Numbered from the stretch's first letter, positions 1-13,237 are shown. The stretch is DNA of 64,000 nt from Octopus sinensis (GCF_006345805.1 NC_043005.1:51274001-51338000), one strand, 5' to 3'. The notes: generated from the sequence alone by a model not told the origin. Translations and numbers: made by a program.

Positions 1-1250
1 CTGTTTCTCTGCAAGGCTAGTATGGAGGCGTCTACCTCTTCGGTTCTGTTGCTGGATTTGAAACCTAAGACACCTACTGTCGACTTACCCGCGTTGTGTC
101 ACCAGCCTGAACGAGGTCATTCCATGACTGCACCGTCTGGAACTCGACACTCTCAGATGCAACAGATAAATCTTCAGCTAAGACGTGATCTCGCTATTCA
201 CCTCGGTTCCTGCCCTTCCCACCTTCGACCTGATCAAAGAATGTGACGCCTCCTTGGACTTAACACTTTTCGGAATTACCACTTCCGACATTCACCAGCT
301 ACTGTCAGTCATAGTTGCCAACACACACTTTGATTTCTTTGGCAATACATATAAGCAGTGTTCAGGCCCATCTATGGGGTCCAGCCTCTCATGCCTGCTC
401 GCTATTATTTACTTAGACTGGCTGGAGTGTAGGGCACTCTGTACCTGCATAGGTTCCCTTTTGTTGCTTGACTTTAGGCAAAATATCATGAACGAGGGAC
501 ACTGTGTTCTACAGAAAATCAGCCTGCCGAGACCTATTCGTCTATTAAAAGTTGGTCCTCCTTATCAGGGTTAAGTTCAGTTACGTGCTTAATGAGATCG
601 CCAGGATACACAAAAGATGCAGTGGCAACACCAGCCTGGACGCACACGCTGCTCAGTTCCTAAAGGTACTTGAAGCCAACGGATACCCAACGTCCGTTGT
701 TAACTCCATACGCGAACACAAGCAAAATAAATGTTGCAGGAGGGACCTCTCTAAAATCCGCTTCATGAAGATTCCCAACTTAAAAGAGATAACCACCCCA
801 ACTATTTACAAGGTCATCCGCCGGGAAAGCCTCGACATTCGAGACCGTCCCAACGTAAATATCTATCAACGAGGTGGTCACGCACAGAACAACAACCCTG
901 AACACGAGCGGACTTCCCTATTCGTAACAAGCATATGCCTACGTACATATGTAGTATGTCAGATACAGTGCTCTAAATGCAATAACTATTACATCGTTAG
1001 CACAATCGGCCACTTCACATCTGAAGGAGAACATCACTACCAACGCGTCTTCTTTCCACAGACAACCAAATGTGACAACTACCAAAGATATGATCGCTTC
1101 ATGGGGAAACTCTGAGAGGAACGCAGGAAATCTTCGTATCAAAGAAGCTATATTGATCCACTGCCTCAGCCCGAAAATCAAAAGTCGATCGGAGACTATT
1201 AACACTGAACCTAACCAAGAAATGCATTACTCCATCTAAAATCACCGTGT
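1..1250 (+). mobile_element. Degenerate Penelope-like retroelement (RT, thumb and GIY-YIG remnants)
   Basis: F.F.G..YKQ..G.SMGS.LS.LLA..Y RT motif (185-574); NGYP thumb and VVCQIQCSKCNNYY GIY-YIG-like segment (552-1115); frameshifted. Confidence 0.8.
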
Positions 1251-1611
1251 CAGACTTTAAAACATGCATTGATTACTGGTATAAAATTAGGCGATCTGTT
1301 ACCTAAAATATGTATCTCTTAACCTAAAAACATTGATCCCAAGAGCAAAGATCACACTACACACAACCTAAAATTCTTTCGCCTCTCAACTAAAATATTA
1401 CTGATCTCCTCTAACCTAAAATCCCGTTACTCAGTCTACTTATAAACCTCTTGAGAGGAATCTGATTTAATGTACCTCATATTACTTTACTTTTCGTACA
1501 CAGAAACTAAAAACATCTAAAACAAAAATTCAGACAAGGAAACAATGTAAATTTCATAATAGCAATTTACTTTCGTATTTAATTTTCCTGACACTATTCC
1601 AAATCTTTATT

Positions 1612-1780
1612 ACTTCGTCCGTCTTTACGTTCTCTGTTCAAATTCCACCGAGGTCGACTTTGCCTTTTATCCTATCGGGGTCGATGAAATAAGTACCAGT
1701 TGAGCACTGGGGTCGATTCAATCGACTAACACCCTCCCCCAAATTGCTTATAGTAGAATGAATTATTATTATTATTATTA

Positions 1781-1811
<31 letters not shown>

Positions 1812-1950
1812 AGAATAAGTACCGATAGAATAAGTACTGGGCTTACAAAGAATAAGTCCCGGGGTCGATTTGCTCGACTAAAGGCGGTGCTCCAGCATGG
1901 CCGCAGTCAAATGACTGAAACAACTAAAAGAGTAAAAGAGAGTAAAGAGT
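1612..1950 (+). mobile_element. Octopus-type SINE body (1612-1745) and SINE tail (1820-1950) separated by (ATT)n
   Basis: gttcaaattccaccgaggtcgactttgcc and ggcggtgctccagcatggccgcag blocks recur many times in the window. Confidence 0.8.
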
Positions 1951-1984
1951 ATTATTATCATTATTATCATTATTATTATTATTC

Positions 1985-2790
1985 AGTAGTTTTATTTTTA
2001 TAGCGTGCTTTCACTTCACTACCGAGCGCAGCTCTGTGTGCCTTGGGTATGTGCTGTGATTTGTTGTGATGCTCTGATGGTTATTGTATGGAAAGTGTTC
2101 TGCGTACGATGTGTGCAGTGCCTAGTAGTGCAATTTTCTGTAATTTATTAGGGTTCATTGCTGTATCCAAGTCTATATCTCTATTATTTTCTTTCCATAT
2201 TTTATATGTATGTGTTGTTGTATTTTCATTTTTTTTGGTAGAGCATTGCTGTGAAGTATGCGAGTAAGATAGAAATGTATTCCTCACGTCTCCATTTACG
2301 TCTTTTGGGTTTTATTTGCGGGACATGAGGTACAACGTCCGGCCCATTATTTTGACGGTCGTCATTTTCGTAGGGTACCGGTCCGTTTATTTCTGTTGTC
2401 ACATTATTTCGCACGTGTAGTTTTTCGTACATTTCTTGTTGTAAGTTTAATGTACGTACCGCTCGATTGTTATTCTTGGGTTGAATAGTATCGGTGGCAT
2501 TTAATTTCTTCGTAGTTCCTTTGTACATGGTGTTTGAGGTCGGGGATGATCGTGATGTTCCACGCATGTTTACATGTGTTGTGTTAGAGGTGGAGATAAT
2601 ATCGAGTCAAAATACATCATTTCGTTTCGAAAATAGTAATAAATTTCAATTAGTATTACTTACTCGGATACAGTCCAATTCTTTGTTAGTAAATCTTTGG
2701 CTCCATAGGATGTCCTTGTTTTCGATGTTTGTGGATAGATTTCGGAGCTCTGTATTTTCCTTCTTACATCTTAAACGTCCCCGTTGTTAT
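1985..2790 (-). mobile_element. Internally deleted R4/Dong-like LINE (5' UTR and ORF start fused to 3' end) within (TAA)n
   Basis: RRKWRREEYISILLAY N-terminal motif joined to QKIALLGTAHIVRRTLS C-terminal motif; TAA repeats on both sides. Confidence 0.7.
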
Positions 2791-2839
2791 TATTATTATT
2801 ATTTTGGTTTGGCTCAGATTTTGTCTTATTCCAGGCAGG

Positions 2840-3259
2840 ATTTATGTGAGTAACGAGTAGCTAGCTGTAACTTTAGGCATCCACAAGTTTTCTCTAGTCT
2901 TTCAAGTGCTTAGAACCCTCCTGATAATCTTTGCTGTCCCTAAGAGACAAACTTTCTGTGGGAGCTCTACCGGGCATTCTATTCCAATCTCCTTCAGCCA
3001 TTTGTTTATATTTTGACTTACTGTTCCCAACGCATCAATTATTATGGGCATGATCTTTACTGCTCGCATGTCCCAAATTTTTCCTATTTCAAATTTTAAG
3101 GAATTGCAATTTTTCTTTCCCCCCCCCCTTCCTCTTTCATTACAGTCCTGAAATCAAACTGGCCTTATGGGTCAATAAGCAAGCAACTTCTATCTTGTTG
3201 TCTCTTGAGGTCTCTGGATGAGATTTGGAGCCAGCTTGTACAAATACAAAGCAAGTCAA

Positions 3260-3323
<64 letters not shown>

Positions 3324-3754
3324 TGAAATAGAAATCAGCAAAATGTGGAAGCTGAAGACTAAAACAATACCTGTTGTCATAGGTGCCCTGGGAATGATAG
3401 CGAAAGGGACTGATTGCTACCTAACTCAGATACCAGGAAACCCCAAAATGGCAGAAATTCAAAAGATAGTGCTCATGGGAACTGCTCATATCCTACGCAA
3501 AATACTCTCTATGTAATCCCAAGGTTTAAAACAAACTTTTTTTTATTTGATTTTTTTTATTTTTTTTATTTTTATGTATTAGACATTCACTAGTACAACA
3601 CCAAAAAAAAAGGAAAGGAAAAGGGAAAACCAAAAAACCCCCCAAATATATGGCACAGAACTTCCAACCTGTTGTCTCTTGAGGTCTCTGGATGAGATTT
3701 GGAGCCAGCTTGTACAAATACAAAGCAAGTCAAATATATAATAATAATAATAAT

Positions 3755-3807
<53 letters not shown>

Positions 3808-3833
3808 TAATAGTAATAATAATAATAATAATA

Positions 3834-3865
<32 letters not shown>

Positions 3866-4453
3866 TAATAATAATAATAATAATAGATACTTGATCTTCG
3901 CCAGTTGAACATGTCCCTTAGTGGTTGATATGTGCATCTCTGATCACGAGTAGAAGTAGTGGGGGAGCATCATAGCTATGCGTTGAGAAGAATTTTTTGG
4001 TATTTGAATAATTCACCTCTGGAAACACAGGTGTTTTATTCATCATCCTTATTCAAGGACCTTTTGAGCAGGATGGGCAGCTCGACCCGAAGAAAATTCT
4101 CACAGGACCCCATCTGCAAAGACATGTTCTGTTTATCTTGATATTGAGGTCCCATGTCACGCACATATGGTTGTGATGCATGTGACTGGTGTACCTTCAT
4201 CGGATGGGTAGTAATGAATGGTATATTAGGCTTCGTATATATGTACTCCCAGCGTCACTTTGATGGCATGCGTTGTTCTCTCACTGAATGGTGATGATGA
4301 TGATGATGTTAATTTCAAATTTTAGCACAAGGCTAGCCATTTCGGAAGACGGAACAAGTCGATTGGTACATATTTCATCGACCCCGAAAGGATGAAAAGC
4401 AAGGCCGACCGGAATTTAATCCGGTGTGCTAACGATTCTGCCAGTTCGTCGCC

Positions 4454-4494
<41 letters not shown>

Positions 4495-4810
4495 CGTCTC
4501 TACAATAGGCACAAGGCCTGAAATTTATGGGGAATGTATAAGTCGATCACAACGACTGGTACTTAATTTATTGCCCCCGAAATGATGAAAAGCAAAGTTG
4601 ATCTTGGCGGAATTTGAACTCAAAAACGAATGAAATGCGTTGTTTATTTTGATATGAGATCACCATGTCGCGCACATATGGTTGTGATGCATGTTCCTGG
4701 TGTACCCTCATCAGACGGGTCGTCATGGTGGGTATATTGGGCTTCGTATATTTGTACCCCAGTGTCACTTTGATGGCATGCACTCCTCTGCTCTCTCACT
4801 CAATAATAAT
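2840..4810. mobile_element. Stack of R4/Dong-like LINE 3' fragments and SINEs separated by (AAT)n
   Basis: EIEISKMWKLKTKTIPVVIGALG...QKIVLMGTAHILRKILSM at ~3325-3515; duplicated 3' ends at 3195-3270 and 3665-3745, and at 4150-4290 and 4655-4805. Confidence 0.75.
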
Positions 4811-5015
4811 ATGACAGCAGGATAACAGGAAACGTACACGAACAAGGTACATACCTTGACGAAATTATTTAGCTTTTGCTTTTGGTGCTTTCTTCTGTGT
4901 GTGTCACGAAGAGATATTGTGCAGTTCAATGATTACTACTCCATGTACAAACTAAAGCATTCAACATAATGTCGTGTTATTTTCTGAGTAATAAAATTAC
5001 CAATTATATTTGCAG

Positions 5016-5133
5016 CCTTCCTGTGCAATGCAGGGAAAGATGTTCTGCAAGTTTTATGGCATCTGTGCGACGATTTGTGATGGCCATGTAGAATGTTCCG
5101 ATGGAAGCGACGAGAGAGGCTGTGCAACAACAG
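5016..5133 (+). CDS. Exon: LDL-receptor class A repeat (PSCAMQGKMFCKFYGICATICDGHVECSDGSDERGCATT), phase 0-1
   Basis: tttgcag acceptor at 5015, cag|gtact donor at 5134; six Cys and the DGSDE acidic motif. Confidence 0.9.
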
Positions 5134-5365
5134 GTACTGTATATAAATTGATATCTATGTACATTCACATGTGCACGCACACACTCGCACAAACACACAC
5201 AAACACATACACATACAAATATACAGTTTCGTTACCATTGTTCAAATGAAGAAGTGGCCCAAAATTATACATAGTTCTGTCTGCGTGCATGTATGTATGT
5301 ACACGCATGTGTGTGAGTGCGCGCGTGTGTGTGTATTTATGTATTTATGCATGTATGAATATATG

Positions 5366-5430
<65 letters not shown>

Positions 5431-5540
5431 GGATGGATGGATGGATGGATGGATGGATAGACAGTCAGCTAGATAGATAGATGGATGGATGGATGGATGG
5501 ATGGATGGATGGATAGACAGTCAGCTAGATAGATAGATAT

Positions 5541-5622
<82 letters not shown>

Positions 5623-5630
5623 GATAGATA

Positions 5631-7437
5631 TGTTTCTTTATTAGCCACACAGGGCTGCACACAGATAGAACAAATTACAAGGTAGAGCTTTTCTTTTGAA
5701 GGTAAAAAAAATAAAAAATAAAAATAAAAATAAAAAAGGGGGGGTCGATCAAAAGGGATCGTAAAAGGAGAGAAAGAGGACAAAAAAAGGGGGGGGTTAA
5801 AAAAAAAGGGGAAGAGGAAAAAAAAAATGATCAATAGGGATCGTTATCACAGAAATGTCAATATGAAGTGTAAAGGGGAGGACAGGTGAGGTTTACCCGT
5901 GGAAAGAAAAGCCTACGGAAAAGACCACGGTAACCTCGGTCAATGAAGTCACATGTTATATTTCTTTTTTTTTTTTTTGCAAATAAGCAACTCTCTGTAT
6001 TAATTTTTACGGTTCATAGAATCATAGTCAAGGTGGCTTCGTCATTCATACGTGCCATCCTTGCTACATTCACCCATCTTTTTTTAAAACATTCACTAGA
6101 CAAAACTTGCCTCTCTACTCTCACTTTTTTCTTCAAGTGATACTTGAAGAAGTTGATGAGAGATTGACCAGAGAGGAAAGTGTTTGTCTCTAATCCTTTC
6201 AGGCGCGTCCACCAGATACATTCTTTCGCCATAGCCACAAGTATGATAAAAGTAGATCTTCCTTCCCGTTTGAAGGAAGGAGGCGTGACGATATTAACGA
6301 TAGACTCGGCTGATAAACCGACACGTCCCACACGTGACAGCAGTCGTTCGACATAAGCCCACAGGTGGGAAATTGCTGGACACTGCACGATTGCGTGCAG
6401 AGCGGTTTCGTCGCTCTGCCCGCATCTCGGGCAGGTCGGCCCCGTGTTTCTCGAGCCATGCCTATAGAGCTTATCCCGAACGGGTAGCGCTTCTTCGGTA
6501 GCACCGCCAGGCCAGGGATCTCTGGAAGTTGTCCATAGGTCCCGGGCCGAAAGTCGTTTGAAACAGGCGGGTCAGGTATTCCTCGTCGACGCCCAGGTTT
6601 GCCCCGAGCTCGTCGTCGTACCTTCCCTCCACTAATCCCCTATAGAATGCTTTGGTTGTGTTGAAGTCACTCAAGGTCGACCCGGGACGGCAGAGTTGCT
6701 TGAGAGCAACGCGACACTCGCGGTGCCATTCGCCCTTCCTCGGCCTCTTTTTGATCCACGACTGTAGTTCGGTCATGGAGACGAGTTGCGGAAATGCGTA
6801 CCTCACAAACGGCGACCACACCTGTTCACCGTCGTCTACATAGAGCCGGAGATGTCGCAGTCTCAGCGCGTGTCTGCGCATCATCAACCACGGCATGCCC
6901 AGCCCTCCTTTTAACGGGTGTTGACAGCAAATGGATCGCCTGACCATCGGGACGCATCCTTTCCACAAGAAGCGGAAGAGGATGCGTTCTAGTTTGGTGA
7001 TGGTAGGGTCGGGACAAGGTACGACGGTCAGGCGGTAGTAGATGATGGACGCGATGTACGCGTTCACCACCTCCGCCCGACCTTTTAGGGACAGTTTCCT
7101 CTCGGCCCATTGCTGGGCGAGAGTGACCACCCTACTCGTTATCTCGTTCCAGTTCTTCTCCATTTGGAGGTCCGGACCGAACCAGACCCCGAGCAACTCA
7201 ACCGGGCCGTCTGTCCAGCGTCCCACGACGGAGGTACTGGTGGACAGCATGGGCTTGCTTCTCCAGGTGCCGAGCCGCAAGCCCACTGACTTTTCCCGGT
7301 TGATTTTTGCTCCTGTCACCGCTTCGTAGTCTTTCAGTGTCTCGCCGACCCGCTCGATGTGCTCGTGGCTTGACACTATGACGGTGACGTCGTCCGCGTA
7401 TGCAGACACGCTCGTCCCGCATCCCAATTCTCGCGGG
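5631..7437 (-). mobile_element. 5'-truncated L1/Tx1-like LINE (RT C-terminal part, Zn-binding domain, 3' UTR) inserted in a (GATA)n tract
   Basis: YADD motif in ORF 6471-7487; +1 frameshift near 6500, then CPRCG...ET..HA.VQC; AATAAA on - strand at the 3' end; atgatagata on both flanks. Confidence 0.9.
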
Positions 7438-7452
7438 ATGATAGATAGATGA

Positions 7453-7486
<34 letters not shown>

Positions 7487-8585
7487 TATAGATAGATTTG
7501 AAGCGTGTTATACGTTAAAAAATTTTCGACCAGATCATCAGATGCTGTTTTACACTTCTAGTCATAATTCTATCTTGAGAGCACATCCTTTTCCATCATG
7601 ACCCAAAATCTTTAACTAAATCGTCTTCTTTTGTGTGTGTGTGTGTGTACATACATATGCGTACATATACATACACATACTATATATATATTTTTCAAGC
7701 GGAATAAGCAACTGTTGAAAGATCGATAATATGGTTCTTTTACAAAAAAAATTGGAAAATTCGTGTGGAACGTATATCACAAAGCTTCTTTGGATATTTG
7801 TTCAAACCCAGGCATGGCACAGTAGAGGCAGACGTAGTCAAGAAGTTAGATAAGGCATCGCAACCAACGCACTCGCAGCAAAATTGGCACTCAACCACTT
7901 CTTCAACGCGAAACACGAATGTTGCGTAGTCAGAGCTAAGACACGTGCTCTTAAGCACGAAGGGACGAAAGTGGAATCGACCAACGATTTGTGGTTGGGT
8001 GAAATTTCAGTATTGAAACTTCTTGAATATTCTTCGAAACACCATCCGATATATGGCAATAGTAAATTTAATTAGTCCCCTATTTTACCAACGTAATCTA
8101 CCCTATGGTCTGTTTACCAAAATCCCCTCTGTAACAAATATTCGAATAACTATATCGCTAGTCTGCTGGATATCTCCTTTCCCCATCACTCGAAAACACC
8201 AAGAACAGTCGTAGTTCTACGCTCTTTCCTCAAACTAAGCCATTATAATCTATTTCTTAAGCACTGTTCGTTGTTATACATAGTGGGAAAATTGCGTATG
8301 GAACAAGTGTCCTTTCAAGCTGAATAAGTCAGTGCCCTGGAAAGAGTGATCGAAGTCATTCACTCACCACTTCACATTAGGCTATACAACCAATCGTTTC
8401 TTGCCTTCTCCTCATAAAATCCTTGCGCTAGATTTAACTACTGATCACACGTGTTGACTGCTATGCAACAGTCCATGACAACGAGTTTCAAACAATTGTA
8501 ACAAAAGTTCTCAGTGCATAACGTTTCTGAAACGATTCTCACACTGAATTATTGCAAATACACGTCTTATCATTATATTTTTCAG

Positions 8586-8618
8586 CACCTGAAGCTACTC
8601 CTACACCACCTACATCAG
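8586..8618 (+). CDS. Putative 33-nt micro-exon (A)PEATPTPPTS, phase 1-1, with non-canonical GC donor; may be a dead exon
   Basis: attatatttttcag acceptor paralogous to that of the 10007 micro-exon; Pro/Thr-rich frame; donor reads AG|GCTTTT. Confidence 0.5.
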
Positions 8619-10006
8619 GCTTTTCTTTACACACACACACACACACACACACATCCTAGCACACACACACATCCTAGCACTTTGTAACAGATGTTTTAAA
8701 TACGTGCTTATACATCATATAAATAGAATATTTCATATACTGCATATATTGCATATATGCACTTAAGTTTTAGAACATATGCACAACTACATGTAAACAC
8801 TGCACTCAGGAATAAGACATACTCCGAAACCACAGACATCATGTCACTAGATTTGGTTACAACCGTCTTGCTAGTTCAAGTAAGTACACATATGAGGGTG
8901 GAGTGCTTACATGTACATCGCTGCTGTCATTAATTACAACACAACATATTGGTCAAATGGAAGAACCACAGGCACGCCGGACATAATTTTCGGTGGAGTT
9001 TTGCCTGTCTTTAGGTACTCAGTTCAAATTTCGCCGAGATCGACTTTGAAATTCATAATTTCATGGACGATGAATTAAGTACCAGTTGATCAGTGGTCAA
9101 TGCCTATTGTAGAAAGGATTAATCTTAACACTATAAATTTTACAAGACAGCTTTATTCGCGGACATTTATTTACATTGTTTTCTATACAGGAACATATAT
9201 CAGATGTCTTTCCTTAAGAAGACAAACATCGTAACGTGAGTTGTGTCTTATTCTTCATATCAATATCTTTTAGAAATTCTGAAGAGAAGGCGACGTATCA
9301 TTAGCACAAATATCGATATGACATACCATTGAGTAGGTCACTTGTATACCCGTAAATAAACGAAGTTCCCTTCACAAAACGCTATCCAGTTCAATCCCGT
9401 TCCATCGCACCCTGGACAGCTGTTTTTTACTATAACCTCGGATAAACCAACGGCCAATCAGGGAAATTTCATAAATGAAACTGCGTAAAAGAAACCCTTT
9501 GGAGGTAACATCCATTTAATTTGATTAGTGTATTTAGTCTGTACCCTGGATGAAAGCTTTATTGAAGCAGGATCACATTTGTTGCAAACATTTGAATCAC
9601 CTGGTCTTCTTCGCACATGTCTCAAAAGCACCGCAAGAGGTCGTAGTTCTCTTATTTCTCCATACATAACTTTAGAATCTCTTCGCTAGAATTAGAATTC
9701 TATTTAACTGAATATTTCGGCGTCACAAAAAATAGATAGAAACCATTTCAGAAACCATTTCAGAATAGAGTATTCACCCAATCTCCGTCACTCGTGTCTC
9801 ACCTTCCTGCCATAAAGTCCTTGCACTAGATCTCAGAACTAACTATACGTGTTGACTGTTGTGAAACAGTCCGTGGTCAGGAGTTTCAAACAATAATAGC
9901 AACATTCTACAATGCATAATTTAAATAAATAACGTTTCTGAAACCACTCCAACACTGAAATTATGAATTATAAATTATAAATAATTGTTATTGTTATATT
10001 TTTCAG

Positions 10007-10030
10007 CCCCTCCTACAGCATCTACAACAC
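10007..10030 (+). CDS. 24-nt micro-exon (A)PPTASTT, phase 1-1
   Basis: gttatatttttcag acceptor, perfect GTAAGT donor at 10031, frame-preserving, Pro/Thr-rich. Confidence 0.75.
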
Positions 10031-10389
10031 GTAAGTTTTTTTTTATATTTACAAACGCAAATGCATCTGCATATAGACACACACACACACACACACACAC
10101 ACACCACACATACACACACACAAACACACAAACACACACTCGCAGTCACGCCCAAACGCATTCAAGCATATACTCTTTAGTTACAGATATTTAAAATATT
10201 GTACTGTACTTATATTTCATACTAATTTAAAAGCCGTATTCCGTGTGGACTTTTAAGATAGCTCCTGCTGAGGGCTAATTGAGCCTGCGGCCCAAAACTA
10301 AAGGGCAAAATACTAATAAGACGTTTATTGGTATCCTACCATTTCACATTTATATCACAGAGTATCACAACTGGAGAATTTTGTATCAC

Positions 10390-10840
10390 TGGGATATTTA
10401 GAGATTGCTGTAAAGCAACAGGATAAATAATAGCCTTGGTTTTACCATTTGGTGTAAGTATGAAGAGATTGTTGCCATTTCCAATTCTGGAACAACCAGC
10501 ATAGAGCTGACCATGGGAAAAGCACTGCTGCATGAGGTGAAGTCCAACAATTTTCAGTGAGTGTCCTCGTGTTAATTGACATGGCAAAGCTCTTACTGGA
10601 TATTGAAGTCTGCTGGAATCAGTAGAATTCTTTGAATAAACTCATGTTCTCCCTTTCCTTGTCCAGTGAGGACTGTTGCTTCCAAAAGATGTGGTTGCAT
10701 TTGCATGACAATCCGTCTTGTTCCATTTCACAGCTATGTGGGATCCAGATTTCTCAAAAGCATTTTTGGAATTCCTTTCTTCAATGTCAGTTTGTGGGAA
10801 GACATTCTAGGAGGATCCAAAGAGTTAAGAAACTTATTAA
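10390..10840 (-). mobile_element. Helitron PIF1-like helicase C-terminal fragment (degenerate)
   Basis: FLNSLDPP...HKLTLKKG.P.MLLRNLDP and GHSLKIVGL...CFSHGQLY.GCSR motifs. Confidence 0.88.
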
Positions 10841-11659
10841 TATATATATATATATATTGTGGCTTTGTGTCTGTGTTTGTCTCCCACCACTGCTTCATAA
10901 CAGGTGTTGGTGTGTTTACGTTCACGTAACTTAGCGGTTCGTTGAAAGAGGAAAAATTTAAAAAAAGTACCAGGCATAAAAATGAAAGAACTGGTGTCGA
11001 TATTTTTTTCGATTAAAATTCTTCGAGGCAGTGCTCCAGGGTGATTGCAGTCCGATGACTAAATAAGATGAAAGAACCAAAAAATTCCTTAATAAAACTT
11101 TAATCGGAGGGAGGTAACTCTTGGTCGCCAATCTCAGTAATACCATGGCAATGAAACCTCACACGGTCGCTTTACCTCCTAGGAAAAACAACCCAACTAC
11201 TTTTAAATCAGATCCTAATGCTGGATGTTCAAGAACCAAATATTTTCAATCCTGGAATCATCCTGATTCCAAAATGGTATAATATGTCTATGTAGAGCAA
11301 ATGTAAAGTGAGATACAGGTGCTCCAGACAACCAGAGAGGATTTCGCTTTTATTAATATCGATTTAGATAACATATTTCGTAATAGACAACACAGTTGAA
11401 ACATATTTCATTCACTGAGTTATATATACACACGTATTTTAGTAACCATCTACTACATCATGTGAACACTTCGTTAGTCTTATGAACAGGACATGTACCG
11501 GAATCAACAAGACATCACTCTGCTACTGCTTTTCATAACATGTATCTTATTAAGTCAAGTAAATACACCAATGAACACAAAGTGCTTTGGTGCACATCGT
11601 TGCTTTTATTCATTACAAACCTACACTGCGTCCCACATTATTAGGCAAATCAACCTTTT

Positions 11660-11910
11660 CTCAACGAGAATACTAAAAATGAACCCGACCGTTCTCAAAG
11701 ATTGAGTAAGAAAACAAACAGGAAAAATAATCCAGAATCCTTGTCCGGTATCGGATCGATCCCCAAATCTAATCAGTTCGTGCCAGTCACGACGCCAAAC
11801 ATCCCTGAGAGTTTCATCCAGCAGTTCTTGAAATATATTGTCCACGAACAAACAAACAAGCGCTACTGAAAGCAATACCTCCGCCTTCTCTAAGGCGGAG
11901 GTAATAATGG
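11660..11910 (+). mobile_element. Probable non-autonomous Helentron/DINE-1-like element with a terminal hairpin
   Basis: Perfect 10-bp stem cctccgcctt-ctct-aaggcggagg at ~11877-11900 followed by taataat. Confidence 0.45.
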
Positions 11911-11924
11911 TTTTGGCAGAAGGC

Positions 11925-12315
11925 CAGATATTTCAGGTGGAAGGGTAAGTCGATTACGGCGACGCCAGGGCTCGACTGCTACATATTTTATGGACACCGA
12001 AAGAATGAAAGGCAAAGTAGACCGCGGAAGCATTTGAAGTCAAAACATAAAGTTGGGCCAAATACCAGTGAGCATTTTGTCCGACGTGCCAAGCTGGTAC
12101 AGCAAGAATAAGGCGGCGAGCTGGCAGAAACGTTAGCAAGCCGTGCGAAATGCGTAGGCGTATTTCGTCTGCCGTTACGTTCTGAGTTCAAATTCCGCCG
12201 AGGTCGACAAATTAAGTACCAGTTACGAACTGGGTTCGATATAATCGACTTAATCCCTTTGTCTGTCCTTGTTTGTCTCCTCTGTGTTTAGCCCCTTGTG
12301 GGTAGTAAAGAAATG
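11925..12315. mobile_element. Two SINE copies in opposite orientation
   Basis: Reverse copy ~11925-12075; forward copy from ggcggcgagctggcagaaacgttagc at ~12113. Confidence 0.75.
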
Positions 12316-12925
12316 GGTACAGCAAGAATATGTGAAATGGTATTATGACCAAGTTGTGAGGGTTTACAGTGGAAGATTCGTCAGAAATAGGAATTTTAAG
12401 CTGGAGGTGAATGATATGATCATCGATCGGGTCGAAAGAGTGCTTGAGTCGGAGAAATGCAAAGTTTTTCGGGATTTTCCAATTCAAACGGATAAGAAGC
12501 TAGAAAATAACAGGCTAGTCATAACAATAATAGCCAATGGAAAGCAAATCTGTTTAGTAATTAATCCATAATGTTCGTTTTATTCCAGGATTGTACAGAA
12601 AGAGGATGAGAGATAAAAAATAAAATCCCTTATACTTTGAAGTTACAAAAGTTTGCACTATAAAAACTGTAAAGGATGTGCCTCTAATAATTGGCGCATT
12701 AGGTACTATAAGTAAAGATATAGACGAATGGGTTAAAGAGATTAGAACAGAATTCCTATAGAGCGTCTACAAAAAATTTGTCTCTTAGGGACAAGAAAGA
12801 TTATCAAGATTCTAAGCACTAGAAAGACAATTGAAAGCTAGTGGGTGCCTAGGTTATGAGCAGTAACCTGCAACCAACAGAAACTCTACCAGGAATAACA
12901 ACGAACCTGACTCAAATCAATAACA
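12315..12925 (+). mobile_element. R4/Dong-like LINE 3' fragment (restriction-like endonuclease domain and 3' UTR)
   Basis: DFPIQTDKKLENNR..I.I motif; 3' end matches the reverse complement of ~2850-2990. Confidence 0.8.
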
Positions 12926-12928
12926 ATG

Positions 12929-13031
12929 ACCACTGTTGTTTCTACATCCAAGATACCAACAATAGTAGTATCAGTCTCCCCTACTACCACACCTTCTCCC
13001 ACAACAACAACTGTTCCATCTACGACAGCAG
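12929..13031 (+). pseudogene. 5'-truncated copy of the Thr-rich D exon; donor intact, no acceptor
   Basis: Matches the 3' ~100 nt of exon 14732-15080. Upstream is a LINE 3' end with in-frame TGA at 12908-12910 and no AG between 12911 and 12929. Confidence 0.7.
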
Positions 13032-13237
13032 GTATGTGAAATTTGAATTAACTTCCATTCTCTAGTAATACCATCCCGCTGCCTTTCCCACAGGCTTTCA
13101 CGCGTTATGACAATGATTTTCTTCTGGATATATCGTGAAATCTTCCAAATCACTTACCTGTCAGTATACATTCAATGACACCTGTTAATAATTCAGTTGA
13201 TATACATTTATCAATTTCCTTCTTTCATTCCACACAG

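Noticed and set aside
7740-8214. Overlapping Cys-containing ORFs on both strands
   Set aside because: No domain pattern or exon boundaries recognised
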